Below are positions 25,243 through 39,192 of a DNA stretch of 64,000 nucleotides, one piece after another. Origin of the DNA: Octopus vulgaris (lineage: Eukaryota); the NCBI GenBank assembly GCA_951406725.2, contig OX597819.1, positions 6,324,001 to 6,388,000 on the forward strand, in the 5' to 3' direction. Position 1 is the first letter of the stretch; every line of letters begins with the position of its first letter. The notes under the pieces were generated by a model that searched no databases, was not told the DNA's origin, and worked only from the letters and a program-made list of their open reading frames with translations. The translations under genes were made by a program, and so were the position numbers.

Positions 25243-25952
25243 TATATTTGCATATATATACATATATATTTATATAAATATATATCAATACATTCATACG
25301 TATATACGTGCGTGTGTAGGTGTATGAGTGTTGCATGAATATGTACATGCATACATGAATACATACATACATTCATAGATACATACATACATATACATGT
25401 AAACACCTACCTCACACGCAAACATGGACCCATGCATTCAAATAAATTTTTACTTTAAGCCTAAACTTTAGAATCTGCTCCGGACTCTTATATTCGCGTT
25501 TTCCCGATTCCGATGCAATGAATGAATGAAGTTTCTCAATAGAATTTACATTCGCATGTAAAATAAAAACCTTTTAATGTGCTCGTCAACAGTTGTAGAC
25601 CTTTAGACTTGGCAGAAGCATGAAATGGCAATCTTTTGAATATAGATATGATTGTTCGAATTCTTTTTCTATTATTTGAGAGAGCTAAGAACGTGAGTGT
25701 TTACATGTTGCAAATGTTTTAACTTGTAGTATTTTTCTTTTTTATTATTTTCTTTTTTATGCTTTACTGTTTTCAGTTTTCTTCCTGTGGGTTGTTTTAC
25801 ATTGTTGTGCAATTCCTTCCACGCTCAAAAACACACACACACTTACATACAAATATACATGCATGCATACACATATACATGTACTGATGTACATACATAT
25901 ATACATATGTATACATGAATATTTGTACATATATATATATATAATATATATA

Positions 25953-26029
<77 letters not shown>

Positions 26030-26160
26030 GTATATATATGTATATATAAGTGTGTGTGTGTGTGTGGATATACGTTTAGTCATATAATTGTACGAGCATA
26101 TATACAGGAATTTGGAAACAGGGGTAAACACGCGCGTGCAAACGCATATACATATATTTT

Positions 26161-26207
<47 letters not shown>

Positions 26208-26236
26208 ATATGTATATATATGTATATATATGTATA

Positions 26237-26306
<70 letters not shown>

Positions 26307-26959
26307 GACATATATACACTCATTCGCACACACGCTTATATATATCTGTACCTATGTAACGACATGCGTATACACATACGCACACGCATGCATAGACACA
26401 TGAGTTCATACTTGTATATACAAACATAACAATATATGCACGTTTATATCCACTGGCGCATATATTCACTGTAACACACTCGTGTAAATAGTGGGTCATG
26501 CACACGCATGCATTCATAAGTATTTCTTATCGCTGGAAGGGTCGCATTGATATTTATTTCAAAGAAATCCACCTACACAGTTATTGAGTGCTTCATCCTC
26601 CATATAGTAAACAAATTGTGAAACGTGTTTAAAAACAAACAAACATATATCAAAATATTATACCAAAATGTATAATAGCCGAATATATTATATATACCTA
26701 CACACACACATACATAATCTCAGTGTTTGAACGTGTGTGTGTGTTTATGGAAATATATTAAACCGAATAACTATTTATGCAATTCTTTAAAGCACGTGTG
26801 CATGTATTTTTCGGCAAAAACATTGAAATCATAGGAAAAATATTTATTAACACACCTCAGAAAATTAAGTAAGAATATATTGTTTTTTACTCTTCGCTGG
26901 TCTGTCAGATTTGTTTGATAATACATAGATACATCTATACACAGATACACACAGACACG

Positions 26960-27039
<80 letters not shown>

Positions 27040-27063
27040 CACATATATATGTATGTATGTATG

Positions 27064-27118
<55 letters not shown>

Positions 27119-27167
27119 GTGTGTGTATGTATATAATATATATATATTTATATATATATATATATAT

Positions 27168-27277
27168 TGATCACGTGACCGACCAGACCATCAGATTTTG
27201 TTACACATCGCTGGTCACAATGCGTTCGCATTGTTTTAGCCTTCGAATGACGCCACCCCGCTGGCTAAGCGAGCAGA

Positions 27278-27280
<3 letters not shown>
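27168..27280 (-). mobile_element. Isolated SINE tail inside (TA)n
   Basis: Reverse complement of the tail of 16005-16240. Confidence 0.7.
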
Positions 27281-27315
<35 letters not shown>

Positions 27316-27445
27316 TACATACATATGTTTGTACATACATACACATATGTATGTGTGTGTGTATGTGCGTGCATGCGGCGTGCGTGCGTGCGTGTGTGTG
27401 TGTATAATGTTACATTATAGAAACAAAACTAAGTGGTCTGTGCTT

Positions 27446-27453
27446 CTTACCTG
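27446..27453 (-). other. Candidate splice donor CAG|GTAAG
   Basis: Consensus donor at the end of a unique, TE-free block; motif evidence only. Confidence 0.35.
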
Positions 27454-27660
27454 CAAAAAGTCCAACTTCTTCTCGGTAGAAAAGTCCAATGAAAAGAGTT
27501 GGTAGCAGTGTGTACGCTTTGACTGACTCTGTGTAGTCTACGTGAAAGCAATGGATAGGGGTGGAATGGAAGAGTAGAAGTCGCGGTCCTGCAGGACTTG
27601 TTAATATTTTCTGTATTTTGAAAAACGGTGTATGTGGTAGAATAAGGTGGAGAAGGGCCG

Positions 27661-28135
<475 letters not shown>

Positions 28136-29239
28136 ATAATAACTACGGGTGGAGAGGAAGGAAAATGAAAATGTGGTGGAGATATTGTACTGGATCTTAG
28201 ATGTTTATAATATCAACATTACATATTTTCGTGTTTGTTTGAAGGATATAGCGATGTGGTGGCATTTATCTCAGTTCGGCAAAGGTGGATGGAATCAAAA
28301 ATGGATAGAGTAAAACAATACTAGTAAAACAACTAGAAACAATAACGAAACGACGACCACGACGACGAGGTTGTTGTTGATGTTGTTGATGGTGATGATG
28401 ATAGTTTTTATGAAGGACGTGTTACTGCTTGAACTACTGAGATCGGTGGTGATTCTAGTGAAGAAGATTCCATTGACAATAACTTTTAAGTATGAAATTT
28501 TTTAAAAAACAAAATGAAAGGAAAGGTTTTTATATTTGTGTGTTTGCTTGTTTGTTAAATATTGTTTTTCTTTTCGTTCTGATAGGGGTGGGGTATTATT
28601 TTTTCTTTTTCATTTTCTTTAAATTCTACCCTCATTCTATGTTGTTGATATTATCAATTGAGCTACATCGACGTGGAACCAACCGCTTACTTACAGAGAA
28701 GGAGAGAGAGAGGAAGAAAGTGGTAGAGAGATAAAGAGAGAAAGAGAGACAGAGTAGACGGGCCTAAGTCGCTGCTTTTGCATGCATTAACAGAAATCAC
28801 TCCGTTACGAAAAATCAATAGAGTACACTGTACTTCTTCATTATTTCTTCCTGCTTATTCGGATCTTCCGAAACGACTTTTCTTTCTTGAAAAATCAAAA
28901 CGAGTAAAAATAAAAATAAAAATAATAATAATAATAATGCGGAAACTTATTTTATGAATATATTTTATATTTCTTATCCACATCAACCTTTCCATTCAAT
29001 TACAGAATTTCCGTGTCGTAAATATCCTATCCTTCCTTTATTCAAGCGCTATTCCCATCACTTTCTTGAGCACCCTTGCGCCAATTCTAGGGGTCCTAAC
29101 CCACCACCGCTTACTCCATATTTAGTCCATATCTTTCGTAATCAATTTTCTAATTTACACGTGTATGTTTGTGTGTCTGTGTGCGTGTGTGCGTGTGGAC
29201 GTGTGTTTGCAGGTGCAAACATATGTGGAGATTTGAATG

Positions 29240-29275
<36 letters not shown>

Positions 29276-29421
29276 GATATTTAAGAAACTGTGACTGTAC
29301 ATATAATTGTTATAATATATAAATATACACACGCATACATAGATATATATACACATACATACATACATACATACATACGTATGTATTTGTATGTTTCTGT
29401 ATGTATATATGTATATATATC

Positions 29422-29519
<98 letters not shown>

Positions 29520-29550
29520 TGTGTATGTATAATTTCATACATAATACATA

Positions 29551-29615
<65 letters not shown>

Positions 29616-30408
29616 CAATTTATAAACATTGAATTCAAGTGGAAAAATTATCAGAAAACCCATTTCTCTTTTTCTAATTACACACATATACAACCACACG
29701 TACACACACACACGCACACGCACACACGCACACACACACACACAACCACTCACACATACACGAACACACACACACAGTCACACACAAACAAATATGGCCG
29801 CAGTCCAATGATCGACACAAGTTAAAAAACCAAAAAAAAAAAATACAAAAAGATATAACTTGTAACACTTAAGGGAATTGGTATATATATTCACTTTCCT
29901 GAATATGTATACATATTTATATATATATATACAATATATTGTATATATACGCATGAAATTGAACGTATGACTATATGTATACATATGTGTGTGTGTGTGT
30001 GTGTGTATACCAGTAGTATTAACACACATCCTCTTTCTTTTCTTTTCTATTATCTTGTCACCCCCTCTCGGCCCCTCCACGCATCTTTCTTCCAGTTTGT
30101 CTATCGTTGTGTCACTACCACATACTCCCCCCTTTATTCTCTCTCTCTCTCTCTCTTTCTCTCTTGCTCTCTATTTCTCACTCTCTCTACTTCTACCACG
30201 CCCCCCACTGCATCTTCGCCACATTCCTATCCACTACTCTTTCATATTACTCCAGTTCATTCTACATTTTACTCAACGTTTCCCATTCATATATTTTTCG
30301 CACACTTGTACGCGCGCGCGCACGCACACACAAACAGACAAACGCGCGCGTGCAAGTGCAGGCTTTTGGGCGAACGCAGTTACATTTAATGTCAGTCATT
30401 CACACGTT

Positions 30409-30439
<31 letters not shown>

Positions 30440-30485
30440 CCACACACGCTCCAATGTATAGATCTACGAACATATACCTAAATTT

Positions 30486-30621
30486 GTTTAAAGTGCGTAT
30501 ATATATGTGTGTGTATATATTCGTGTATATGTTTAATGTGCGTATATATATGTGTGTGTATATATTCGTGTATATGTTTAATGTGCGTATATATATGTGT
30601 GTGTATAAATTCGTGTATATG
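30486..30621. repeat. 45-bp minisatellite, 3 copies
   Basis: Unit GTTTAATGTGCGTATATATATGTGTGTGTATATATTCGTGTATAT starting at 30486, 30531 and 30576. Confidence 0.9.
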
Positions 30622-30700
30622 TGTATATATAAATATATTATATATATATATATATATATATGTAAGTATGTATATATATATATTTATATATGTAAGTATG

Positions 30701-30752
<52 letters not shown>

Positions 30753-30879
30753 CAAGCATGTATATATATATTTATATATGTAAGTACGTATATGTATATA
30801 TATATATATATGTGGGTATGTATATATATATATATATGTAAGTATGTATATATATATTTATGTATATATGTTTATATGG

Positions 30880-30915
<36 letters not shown>

Positions 30916-30965
30916 GGAGAGAAAAAGAGAGTGGCATGTATCTACATCTACATGCATACATATAT

Positions 30966-31034
<69 letters not shown>

Positions 31035-31355
31035 TATGTATACACTTATATGTAGATGCGCATACACGCGCATAGGGTCATATATTCCATTCACACATAG
31101 TGTCCCTAGTTCGACCACCCCTCGCGCGTCTTGGGTGTCGTTTACCACGAACGTGGGTTGGCCGTAACACGTCAGAGTCATTAAGTTGATATAAACATAC
31201 CTGTATGCGGTGTGAAGGATATTACCTGAAGTTGACTGTTACAGACCGGACGTATTATTTATATGAAGCGGTTTTACTGTCTTTCACCCCATACACGCAT
31301 ACATAAATAAATATAAATACAAACAAACATACATATAAACACATATACATACATG

Positions 31356-31411
<56 letters not shown>

Positions 31412-31498
31412 TAAATGAACGCGAATTTGCTACCCTGGTATCGGTTCAACGAATTTTCTATGCTGACGATAAACATAGGATAATTCATTCACCTATTG

Positions 31499-31546
<48 letters not shown>

Positions 31547-31621
31547 GTGTGTGTGTTTGTGTGTGTAGATTAATACATACCTTACTATGGATAGATATAT
31601 TTGTATGCATATGCATACACC

Positions 31622-31681
<60 letters not shown>

Positions 31682-31899
31682 TGTATTCATATATGGGTGT
31701 CTCTATTTATCAATCTGTCTGTTTGCCAGTCAGTCTGTCTATCTGTGTATGGAAGTATTTAGTGAGAGAATGTGAGAGACGAGATGCATATACATTCAAT
31801 CATGCATAGATTCATATACACACATACACGTGCATACATATAAATATAGAAATACATATACATGCATATATACATATACACATATGCACATACAGGCGC

Positions 31900-32590
31900 A
31901 TTCATACATTCATACATACATGCACACATACATACATACATACATACATACATACATACATACATACATACACACATACATACATACATACGTACATACA
32001 TACATACACACATACATACACACATACATACATACATACACACATACATACATACATACATACATACATACACACATACATACATACATACACACATACA
32101 TACATACATACATACATACATACATACATACATACATACACACATACATACATACACACATACACACATACATACACACATACATACATACATTCATACA
32201 TTCATGCATACATACATACATACCATACACACACACATACACACACATACATACACACATACATACATACATACACACATACATACATACATACATACAT
32301 ACACACGCACACACATACATACATACATACATACAGACATACAAACATACATACATTCATACATTCATACACACATACATATATACATACACACATACAT
32401 ACATACACACATCCATCCGTCCATCCATACATACACACATACATACATACATACATACATACATACATACATACATACATACATACATACATACATACAT
32501 ACATACATACATACATACATACATACATACATACATACATACATACATACATACATACATACGCACACACATACATACATACATATATAC
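31900..32590. repeat. (TACA)n-rich array
   Basis: Direct observation. Confidence 0.98.
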
Positions 32591-32919
32591 AGACTCTCTC
32601 CTTTTTCTCTTCTTTCACGTATTCTGTTCTGCAATTCGTTTCATCTCTGGGTTATCTAATAAGTTTACAACAACTCTGCCTTCCTATCTCTCTTTCTTTC
32701 TTTCTCTCTCTCTCTCTCTCTCGCTCTAACTCTCCCCCTCTCTCTCTCTCTCTCCCCCCTCGTTTTCTCTTTCTCTTACTTTCCGCTCTAATTATTGATC
32801 TAAACATATCACAAACAATCTCTTGCATTTCGCCTCTTTTCTCTCTTCACTCTTCATTTCCTTTTATCAATTCATCCTCCCACTCTCTCCCCCTCTGTCT
32901 CTCCTTCCTCTGTCTCTCC

Positions 32920-32957
<38 letters not shown>

Positions 32958-33084
32958 TTTCTCTGACGCTCGCTCTATCTCTTTCTTTTTCATTCTCTAT
33001 GATCCATCATTTTCTCCCCCGCCTTCTTTTTATCCCTCACTTTTCCTTTTTTCTGTCTCTCTGTCTCTATCTGTCTATCTGTCA

Positions 33085-33140
<56 letters not shown>

Positions 33141-33427
33141 TACACACACACATATTTCTCGCAGGATTCTCTCTTTACTTTGTTACGTATGAGCCAACGA
33201 TCTACACGAAATAGTAGCTAAAGCTACTCACCGTGTCTTTTAAATAAAAGAATGATACATTCGATAATGAAGCCTAGATATGCAATGTCCAACGTTTGAA
33301 AAATTGTTGGATAGTCATGGGTGGATTGTATTGACTCATAGATCTTCAAAATAAGAACTTGCTCGAGGCTAAAAAACAAAATTCTTTAACTTTCTTTCAG
33401 TCTCCTCCCATCTCTCTCTATCTTTCC

Positions 33428-33472
<45 letters not shown>

Positions 33473-33652
33473 TATCTTTCTGTCATTATCTTTTTCCCAT
33501 CCTTCTCCTTGCTATACACGTTCACAGATGCGTACATGTCTATATATATATATATATAATAACAAAGGGTAAAATTAATTAATTAAGAAGTAATCAATAA
33601 ATTTCACCAAGTAGAATTCGGTATGAAAACAGGACCGTTACACGGTAAATTT

Positions 33653-33910
33653 TAGTAATACTAATAAAAAGGGTTCAACAAAGAATTGCCTCACCACACA
33701 CCGAAGTTCAGAAATAGCAGCCAAAAATCTTAGCTATTTGTTCTACTTTAAAAAGGGTCTTCCAGAGAAACCAAAATACTTGTAGGATTTTGGTTTCTCT
33801 GGAAGACCCTTTTTAAAGTAGAAGAAATAGCTAAGATTTTTGGCTGCTATTTCTGAACTTCGGTGTGTGGTGAGGCAATTCTTTGTTGAACCCTTTTATT
33901 AGTATTACTA
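33653..33910. repeat. Long near-perfect inverted repeat (about 125-bp arms, 9-nt spacer)
   Basis: 33653-33777 is the reverse complement of 33787-33910 apart from one substitution and one indel seen. Confidence 0.97.
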
Positions 33911-34308
33911 TATATATATACATACATACATATATACATAACGGGAAGCTTTATGAAAATAAACAAAAGACGAAGGCAGGTGGAACACAAACGAACAATT
34001 GTATTAGTATGGCGCTCAGGAAATATATATCTGTTCTATCATTCTGTATAGGTCTACGTACGATAGACTTTAATTATGCGACCAAATCAAAGACATTATT
34101 ATAGATATAACCGATATATTGCCTAAGGCAATCGGATGACAAATTATGACACGCATCTATTACCTATTACATATATGCAATATATATTTCCTTTTTATTT
34201 TATTCATAAACCGAATAAGTGATAAATAAATATTTTAAATTAAATGTTGTGTAAATATTATTCACACACGCACACATATACACACACATACATGTATACG
34301 TATATAGA

Positions 34309-35334
34309 CAGGGTTTGAACAAAATAATGGAAACACCTTGCATCATAGCATGATAATTTTGGAATATCTATAAAACCGTCAAAGGCTAAATGTTTGGTGT
34401 ATCAAGAAGTACTGTCTCGAAAAGTAATGGCAGCCTTTGTGAAAGAGGGAAAAACCTCCTCGTCGAAACAAAACTCCGGGAGAAAACCAAAACTTTCAGA
34501 TAGGGACTGTCGGAGTCTTACGCAAATTGTTAGAAAGAATCACAAAACTACAACTCCCAAAATTACTGCAGAACTTTACGACCACCTCGAGAAGCCAATT
34601 TCCACAAATTTCGGGAGCTGCACAGAGCCGGATTTCACGGTAGGGCTACAATCAGAAAACCACTACTTTCAAAAGCAAACGTTGCAAAGCGTTTAAAGTG
34701 GAATAAAATCCTACAGAATTGGTACCAAGAGCAGTGTAAGAGTGTTATTTTCTCGGACGAGTCATGCCTTACCGTATTTCCGTCCACCGGTCGAGTGTAC
34801 GTGTGGAGATAGCCAAAAGAAGCATTTGACCCAGACTGCCTTCCTCCAACTGTTAAACATGGAGGAGGATCTGTGATGATCTGGGGGTAGGTTATACCTT
34901 GTAAATCCGCCGGCCCAATGTTTTCCCTTCATGGCAGAATTAATAGCCAAGACTACTTAATCATTTCATCTGATCAAATTTATCCTATGGTTGCCAAACT
35001 GTTTCCGGAGGGAAACGCAATCTTTCAGGATGATAATGCACCAATTCACACAGCTAAACTGATCTGGTCACCACAGTCCCCAGATCTCAGTATTATTGAA
35101 CATTTATGGTGCATTTTAGAAAAGCAAGGAAGAAGTCGATATCCTCCATCATCATCACTATAAGAACTGGAGACTGAAGATTGGACAAAAAATTGTTTGG
35201 AAACAATTCAAACTTTTTACGTGCCCATACCTCGTAGAATTCAAGCCGTAATTACTGCCAAAGCCAGTCTTACCCCATACAAAAATTAATTTGTTTGAAA
35301 TTTTAAGGTATTCCATTATTTTATTCAACACATG
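34309..35334 (+). mobile_element. Tc1-family transposon, defective
   Basis: TIRs CAGGGTTTGAACAAAATAATGGAA / TTCCATTATTTTATTCAACACATG; SGRKPKLS, FSDES, VKHGGGSVMIWG, FQDDNAPIH and WSPQSPDLSIIEHLW motifs; deletions. Confidence 0.9.
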
Positions 35335-35335
35335 T

Positions 35336-35500
35336 ATAGGCGCAGGAGTAGCTGTGTGTTAAATAGTTTGGTTACCAACCACATGTTTCCAGGTTCAGTC
35401 ACACTCCGCGCAGCACCTTAGTCAAGTGTCTTCTACTATAGCCTTGGTCCGACCCAAACCTTGTGAGTGGATTTAGTAGACAGAACCTGAAAGAAACCCG

Positions 35501-35545
<45 letters not shown>

Positions 35546-35750
35546 TATGTTTGTGTGTCTGTGTTTGTCCCTATCAACATCTCTTGACAAACGATGGTGG
35601 TGTGTTTACGTCCCCGTCCTTTAACGGTTCGGCAAGAGAGAACGATAGAATAAGTACTAGGCTTACAAAGAAAAAGTCCTGGGGTCGATTTGTTCGACAA
35701 AAGGCGGTGCTCCAGCATGGCCGCAGTCAAATGACTGAAACAAATAAAGT
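35336..35750 (+). mobile_element. CORE-type tRNA SINE
   Basis: Full head-to-tail match with an expanded internal (TA)n. Confidence 0.9.
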
Positions 35751-35751
35751 G

Positions 35752-35805
<54 letters not shown>

Positions 35806-35961
35806 GGGGGAGGGAGAGAGAGGGAGTGATAGAGAGTGTGAGTGGGAGAGAGTGTGAGTGAGAGACGGAGTAAGTGAGAGAGAGAAAGGAGGAATAGTTA
35901 GAGACAACGCACACAATACACATACACACACACACACACACATATATATCTATAGATATAC

Positions 35962-36291
35962 ATAGGCGCAGGAGTGGCTGTGTGGTAAGTAGCTTGCTTA
36001 CAAACCACATGGTTCCGGGTTCAGTCCCACTGCGTGGCATCTTGGGCAAGTGTCTTCTACTATAGCCTCGGGCCGACCAAAGCCTTGTGAGTGGATTTGG
36101 TAGACGGAAACTGAAAAAAGCCGTCGTATATACGCATGTATATATATGCGTGTGTGTGTATGTTTGTGTTTCTGTGTTTGTCCACCTAGCATTGCTTGAC
36201 AACCGATGCTGGTGTGTTTACGTCCCCGTCACATAGCGGTTCGGCAAAAAGAAACCGATAGAATAAGTAAAAGAGTAAAAGAGTAAAGAGT
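35962..36291 (+). mobile_element. CORE-type tRNA SINE with 3' internal deletion
   Basis: Head intact, (AAAAGAGT)n tail. Confidence 0.9.
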
Positions 36292-36399
36292 ATACATTGT
36301 AAAAAACAAACGGAGAACAAACGCACAAAAAAATTAAACAACGCGCGGACATGGTACATGTAAAGTATTAGAAGACGCTCAGTGAAGGAAAGAAAGGTG

Positions 36400-36434
36400 A
36401 TTTTACGTTTCGAGTAAATCTCTTCTTCAGAAAC
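36400..36434 (-). ncRNA. Minimal type I hammerhead motif, canonical core
   Basis: GUUU CUGAAGA A GAG-AUUUA-CUC GAAA CG UA AAAU within the Penelope-like terminus 36295-36500. Confidence 0.6.
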
Positions 36435-36681
36435 GGGAGTCAAAGGGAAGCCCAATAGTAGAGGAAGACGGAGGAAAAAAATCGCCAACGATTCACATGT
36501 GTTTAGGCCTGTTTCTGTGATACGAAATTTGCTTCCCAACCACAAAGGTTCTAGGTTCAGTCCAATTGCGTGGCACCATGGGTGTTTTCTACTAAAGCTT
36601 CCGACCAAAGCCTTGCGAATGGATATTTAGGAGAAGGAAACTGAAAGATGCCTGTCGTGTATATATATATATATATATATA

Positions 36682-37417
36682 CGTGGTCTGATCAATAAGT
36701 ATTCGAACTCTTGACTTAGTAACGATGCTAAAGTACGCTGACTGAAGCAGCTTGGCATCACTTGAGCTTGAACTCCGTTGAGCATGTGCACTAAGTTTTA
36801 ACGTTCTATCTCACTTTCGCTCTTTACAGCAGTGCTTGGAAGGAAGGTGTGTAGCGTGAGTTCGTTACATTGACCATGGCAGAGAAAATTTCAGCAGAGA
36901 ATCTGTATAAAATGTCGCCAAAAGCTTGGCAATACCTGCTCATTGGCCTACGCAAAGTTTTCAAAAAGTTTACAACGTTCTCTCTACAATCAATGAGATT
37001 TTGTGCAACTGAAACCCAAGTATCTTTTTGGTCAGCTGAAAGCAGTTTTGGCACAACTTGGCAGACACTGGATTCCCAGAACTTTTGTCAATTTTTTCGG
37101 CCATCTTCAAAACATCTGAAACACTCGTACACTTGTGTACGACTCATACACTCCTCTCTGTACACTTTCTATAACTTTGCGTTGGTCTCTGAGCAGGTAT
37201 CGCCATGACAACTTTTTCTGTCATGATTAATGCTGCGATCGCACGTTACACACTTTACTTCGAAGATCTGCTGTAAACACCGTAAGTGAGCTAGAATGTT
37301 AAAATTTTTGTGTGCATGTACATAGCGGTCAAGTCCATTTTTTGTCAAGCTGCTTTACTCTGCGTGCTTTAGCTTCGTTACTATACCAACAGTCCGCATA
37401 CTTATTGATCATACCTC

Positions 37418-37418
<1 letters not shown>
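36682..37418. mobile_element. Foldback mariner-derived non-autonomous element
   Basis: TA|CGTGGTCTGATCAATAAGTA ... TACTTATTGATCATACCTCG|TA; about 260-bp imperfect inverted arms; internal VPKLLSADQK...NFLK remnant. Confidence 0.8.
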
Positions 37419-37463
<45 letters not shown>

Positions 37464-37559
37464 CGGGAAGCTTTATGAAAATAAACAAAAGACGAAGGCA
37501 GGTGGAATACAAACAAACAATTATATTAGTATGGTGCTCAGGAATATAAATAAAACAAG

Positions 37560-37597
37560 TCTTTAACGTTTCGAGCCTACACTCTTCAACAGAAAGA
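37560..37597 (-). ncRNA. Minimal hammerhead motif with A6U core change
   Basis: UCUUU CUGUUGA A GAG-UGUAGG-CUC GAAA CG UU AAAGA within terminus 37460-37660. Confidence 0.45.
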
Positions 37598-37791
37598 TAC
37601 ACAGAAAAGAAACACGGAGAGAAAAAAATGCGTGCAGAAGCTAGCGATCCAACATGGCGATATATATATATTGTTGTGTATTTCGGAATGGTCATTTTGC
37701 CAGTTTAGCCAATAAAAACACACGCACTATATATTTGGTGTTACTTTGCTTCAGTGTTATTTATTTTTTACATTAAACTTAATCTAATTTC

Positions 37792-37833
37792 GTCCAGAGT
37801 TATTTCGTCACACTCCTGTGACCGCATCAGTGG
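37792..37833 (-). ncRNA. Decayed hammerhead motif
   Basis: CCA CUGAUGC G GUCACA-GGAG-UGUGAC GAAA UAAC UC UGG; A9C change and weak stem III. Confidence 0.4.
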
Positions 37834-38097
37834 TCCTTTGCTTTCTTATTTCTTATTTGTGTCTCTCCTTACTAACCGTTAGCCATTTTGTATTTCTATT
37901 GTATGTGTCTTCATTTGCGCATGCGTATATCTCTATGTGCGTCTACGTTTAGTTAGTGTGTGGGGGGGATGCCTGTAATATTTGTATCTTCTGTTTATAT
38001 ACGTTCGTGTAATTTGTTTTTGTTTTTGTTTATTCTTATTTTGTTCATGTTATTACATCCACTTATTATTATTATTATTATTATTATTATCATTATT

Positions 38098-38151
38098 AGC
38101 AAAATCTGTCCGATGAACGGCAACGGGAAACTCAGAGTAACAGGTTTTGTT
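38098..38151 (+). ncRNA. Type I hammerhead motif with 12-bp stem I
   Basis: AGCAAAAUCUGU CCGAUGA ACG-GCAA-CGG GAAA CUC-A-GAG UA ACAGGUUUUGUU. Confidence 0.6.
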
Positions 38152-38245
38152 GAATTTTCTGCTGCTTTAAATAAAGCATATTACTCTACCACTGGTATTT
38201 GAGTACTTTTTTTTTCAGCTTGTTTCACATTTATGTGTTTACTCC

Positions 38246-38309
<64 letters not shown>

Positions 38310-38820
38310 CATTAGCGTCTACCACTCAGTGAAGCAGTACTATACTTCGTCTTCTGGGACAGCGACCTACAAGTCCAGCCATTTGCACGTTTCGTCTCTG
38401 TGGAAAATAATGATGTAATACACTATATTCCGATTTGTTAAAGCCGTTCCAACGTAATCGTACCTCGGCTGAATATTTCAGATTGATCGTCTTTTAGACA
38501 TGGTTCCATCATTCACATTCTTTACTTTTTAATGTAAAGCTAAAAATAACTGATAACAACTCTGAACCTGTTAAGTCTACAACAAAAGCTTTACTTCCCA
38601 AATATGTTCTCCCAAAAGACAGCAATTTCGGGATTACCTGTGAGAACTTTTAGCTATTTCAAGAATGAAAAGTTTTCCCAAAAAATATTAAAAGGAAATT
38701 AATTATGTATTTTCTGGTTCTCTATATACTAATCACAGTGAGTTTTGCTTCTATTTGTTTTGTTTTATATTATTCTTTCTCTCTTTCCTTTTTCTTTCTT
38801 TCTTCCTTCCTTCCTACTTT

Positions 38821-38871
<51 letters not shown>

Positions 38872-39009
38872 GTTTTGAAAACAATCGTATCAGTTCTACG
38901 GTGCCGCTCTAATAACTAACAGCACCGTTACTTTCAGCTTTTCCGTTAAAATCAAATTTTCTGCCTATGTCAACTTTACCTAGAATACTTTCGTGATTGA
39001 GAAATTAAG

Positions 39010-39139
39010 ATGTGGCTGTGTGGTAAGAAGCTTGCTTCCGAACCACATGCTTCAGGGTTCAATTCTACTTCGTGGCACCTTGGGCAAGTGTCTTCTGCTA
39101 TAGCCTCGGACGGACCAAAGTCTTGTGGGTGGATTTTGA

Positions 39140-39140
<1 letters not shown>
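39010..39140 (+). mobile_element. CORE-type SINE head
   Basis: GTGGCTGTGTGGTAAGAAGCTTGCTTCC...GTGGCACCTTGGGCAAGTG; similar head-only copies at 36505-36660 and 41889-41995. Confidence 0.8.

Positions 39141-39192
<52 letters not shown>

Noticed and set aside
30486-30860. Regularly spaced repeats as a CRISPR-like array
   Set aside because: Tandem low-complexity units without unique spacers, in a eukaryotic context with no cas genes.
35174-35210. CTGAAGA...stem...GAAAC motif
   Set aside because: Lies inside Tc1 transposase coding remnant; weak G-U stem and no stems I or III.
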